Positions 63,961-64,000 of a DNA stretch of 64,000 nt are shown piece after piece (the stretch's first letter is position 1; the number at the start of each line of letters is the position of its first letter). The stretch is taken from assembly GCF_001194135.2 (NCBI RefSeq), contig NC_068992.1, positions 63,711,456 to 63,775,455 on the forward strand. Direction: 5' to 3'. The notes beneath the pieces are model-generated. The model saw only the letters and a list, made by a program, of their open reading frames with translations. It made no database searches and had not been told where the DNA came from. The stretch comes from Octopus bimaculoides. Taxonomy: Eukaryota. Made by a program: the position numbers and the translations under genes.

Positions 63961-64000
63961 ATTTTGGTGGAACGCCAGGAAACTAGTCTTATAAATGCTA

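Overview
This is a eukaryotic, AT-rich, microsatellite-laden draft-genome window with many N gaps. The SINE families and repeat style suggest an octopus or other coleoid cephalopod (inference). Three protein-coding genes can be reconstructed from splice sites and reading phase. (1) A + strand class C GPCR/metabotropic glutamate receptor-like gene (4 exons, 5447-21586; 5' exons not seen). Its Venus-flytrap and intact nine-cysteine domains run directly into a ~343-aa glycosylation-rich mucin-like tail and a stop codon, with no 7TM domain. This is the most unusual feature. (2) A - strand ODAD1/CCDC114/CCDC63-family outer-dynein-arm docking gene (52043-38401; 9 exons seen, one missing probably in a gap, one GC-AG intron). 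(3) The last three exons of UBE4B (- strand, U-box). The rest is mobile DNA: tRNA-headed SINEs, Penelope-like element (PLE) remnants carrying minimal hammerhead-ribozyme-like motifs (one family has a non-canonical U6 core), a head-to-tail pile of seven R4/Dong-type RLE LINE 3' ends in (TAA)n microsatellites (one with a twin-priming-type inversion), RTE 3' ends, a mariner fragment, a MITE and hAT ends. No CRISPR, rRNA or true tRNA genes are supported. Family names come from recalled motifs, not database searches.
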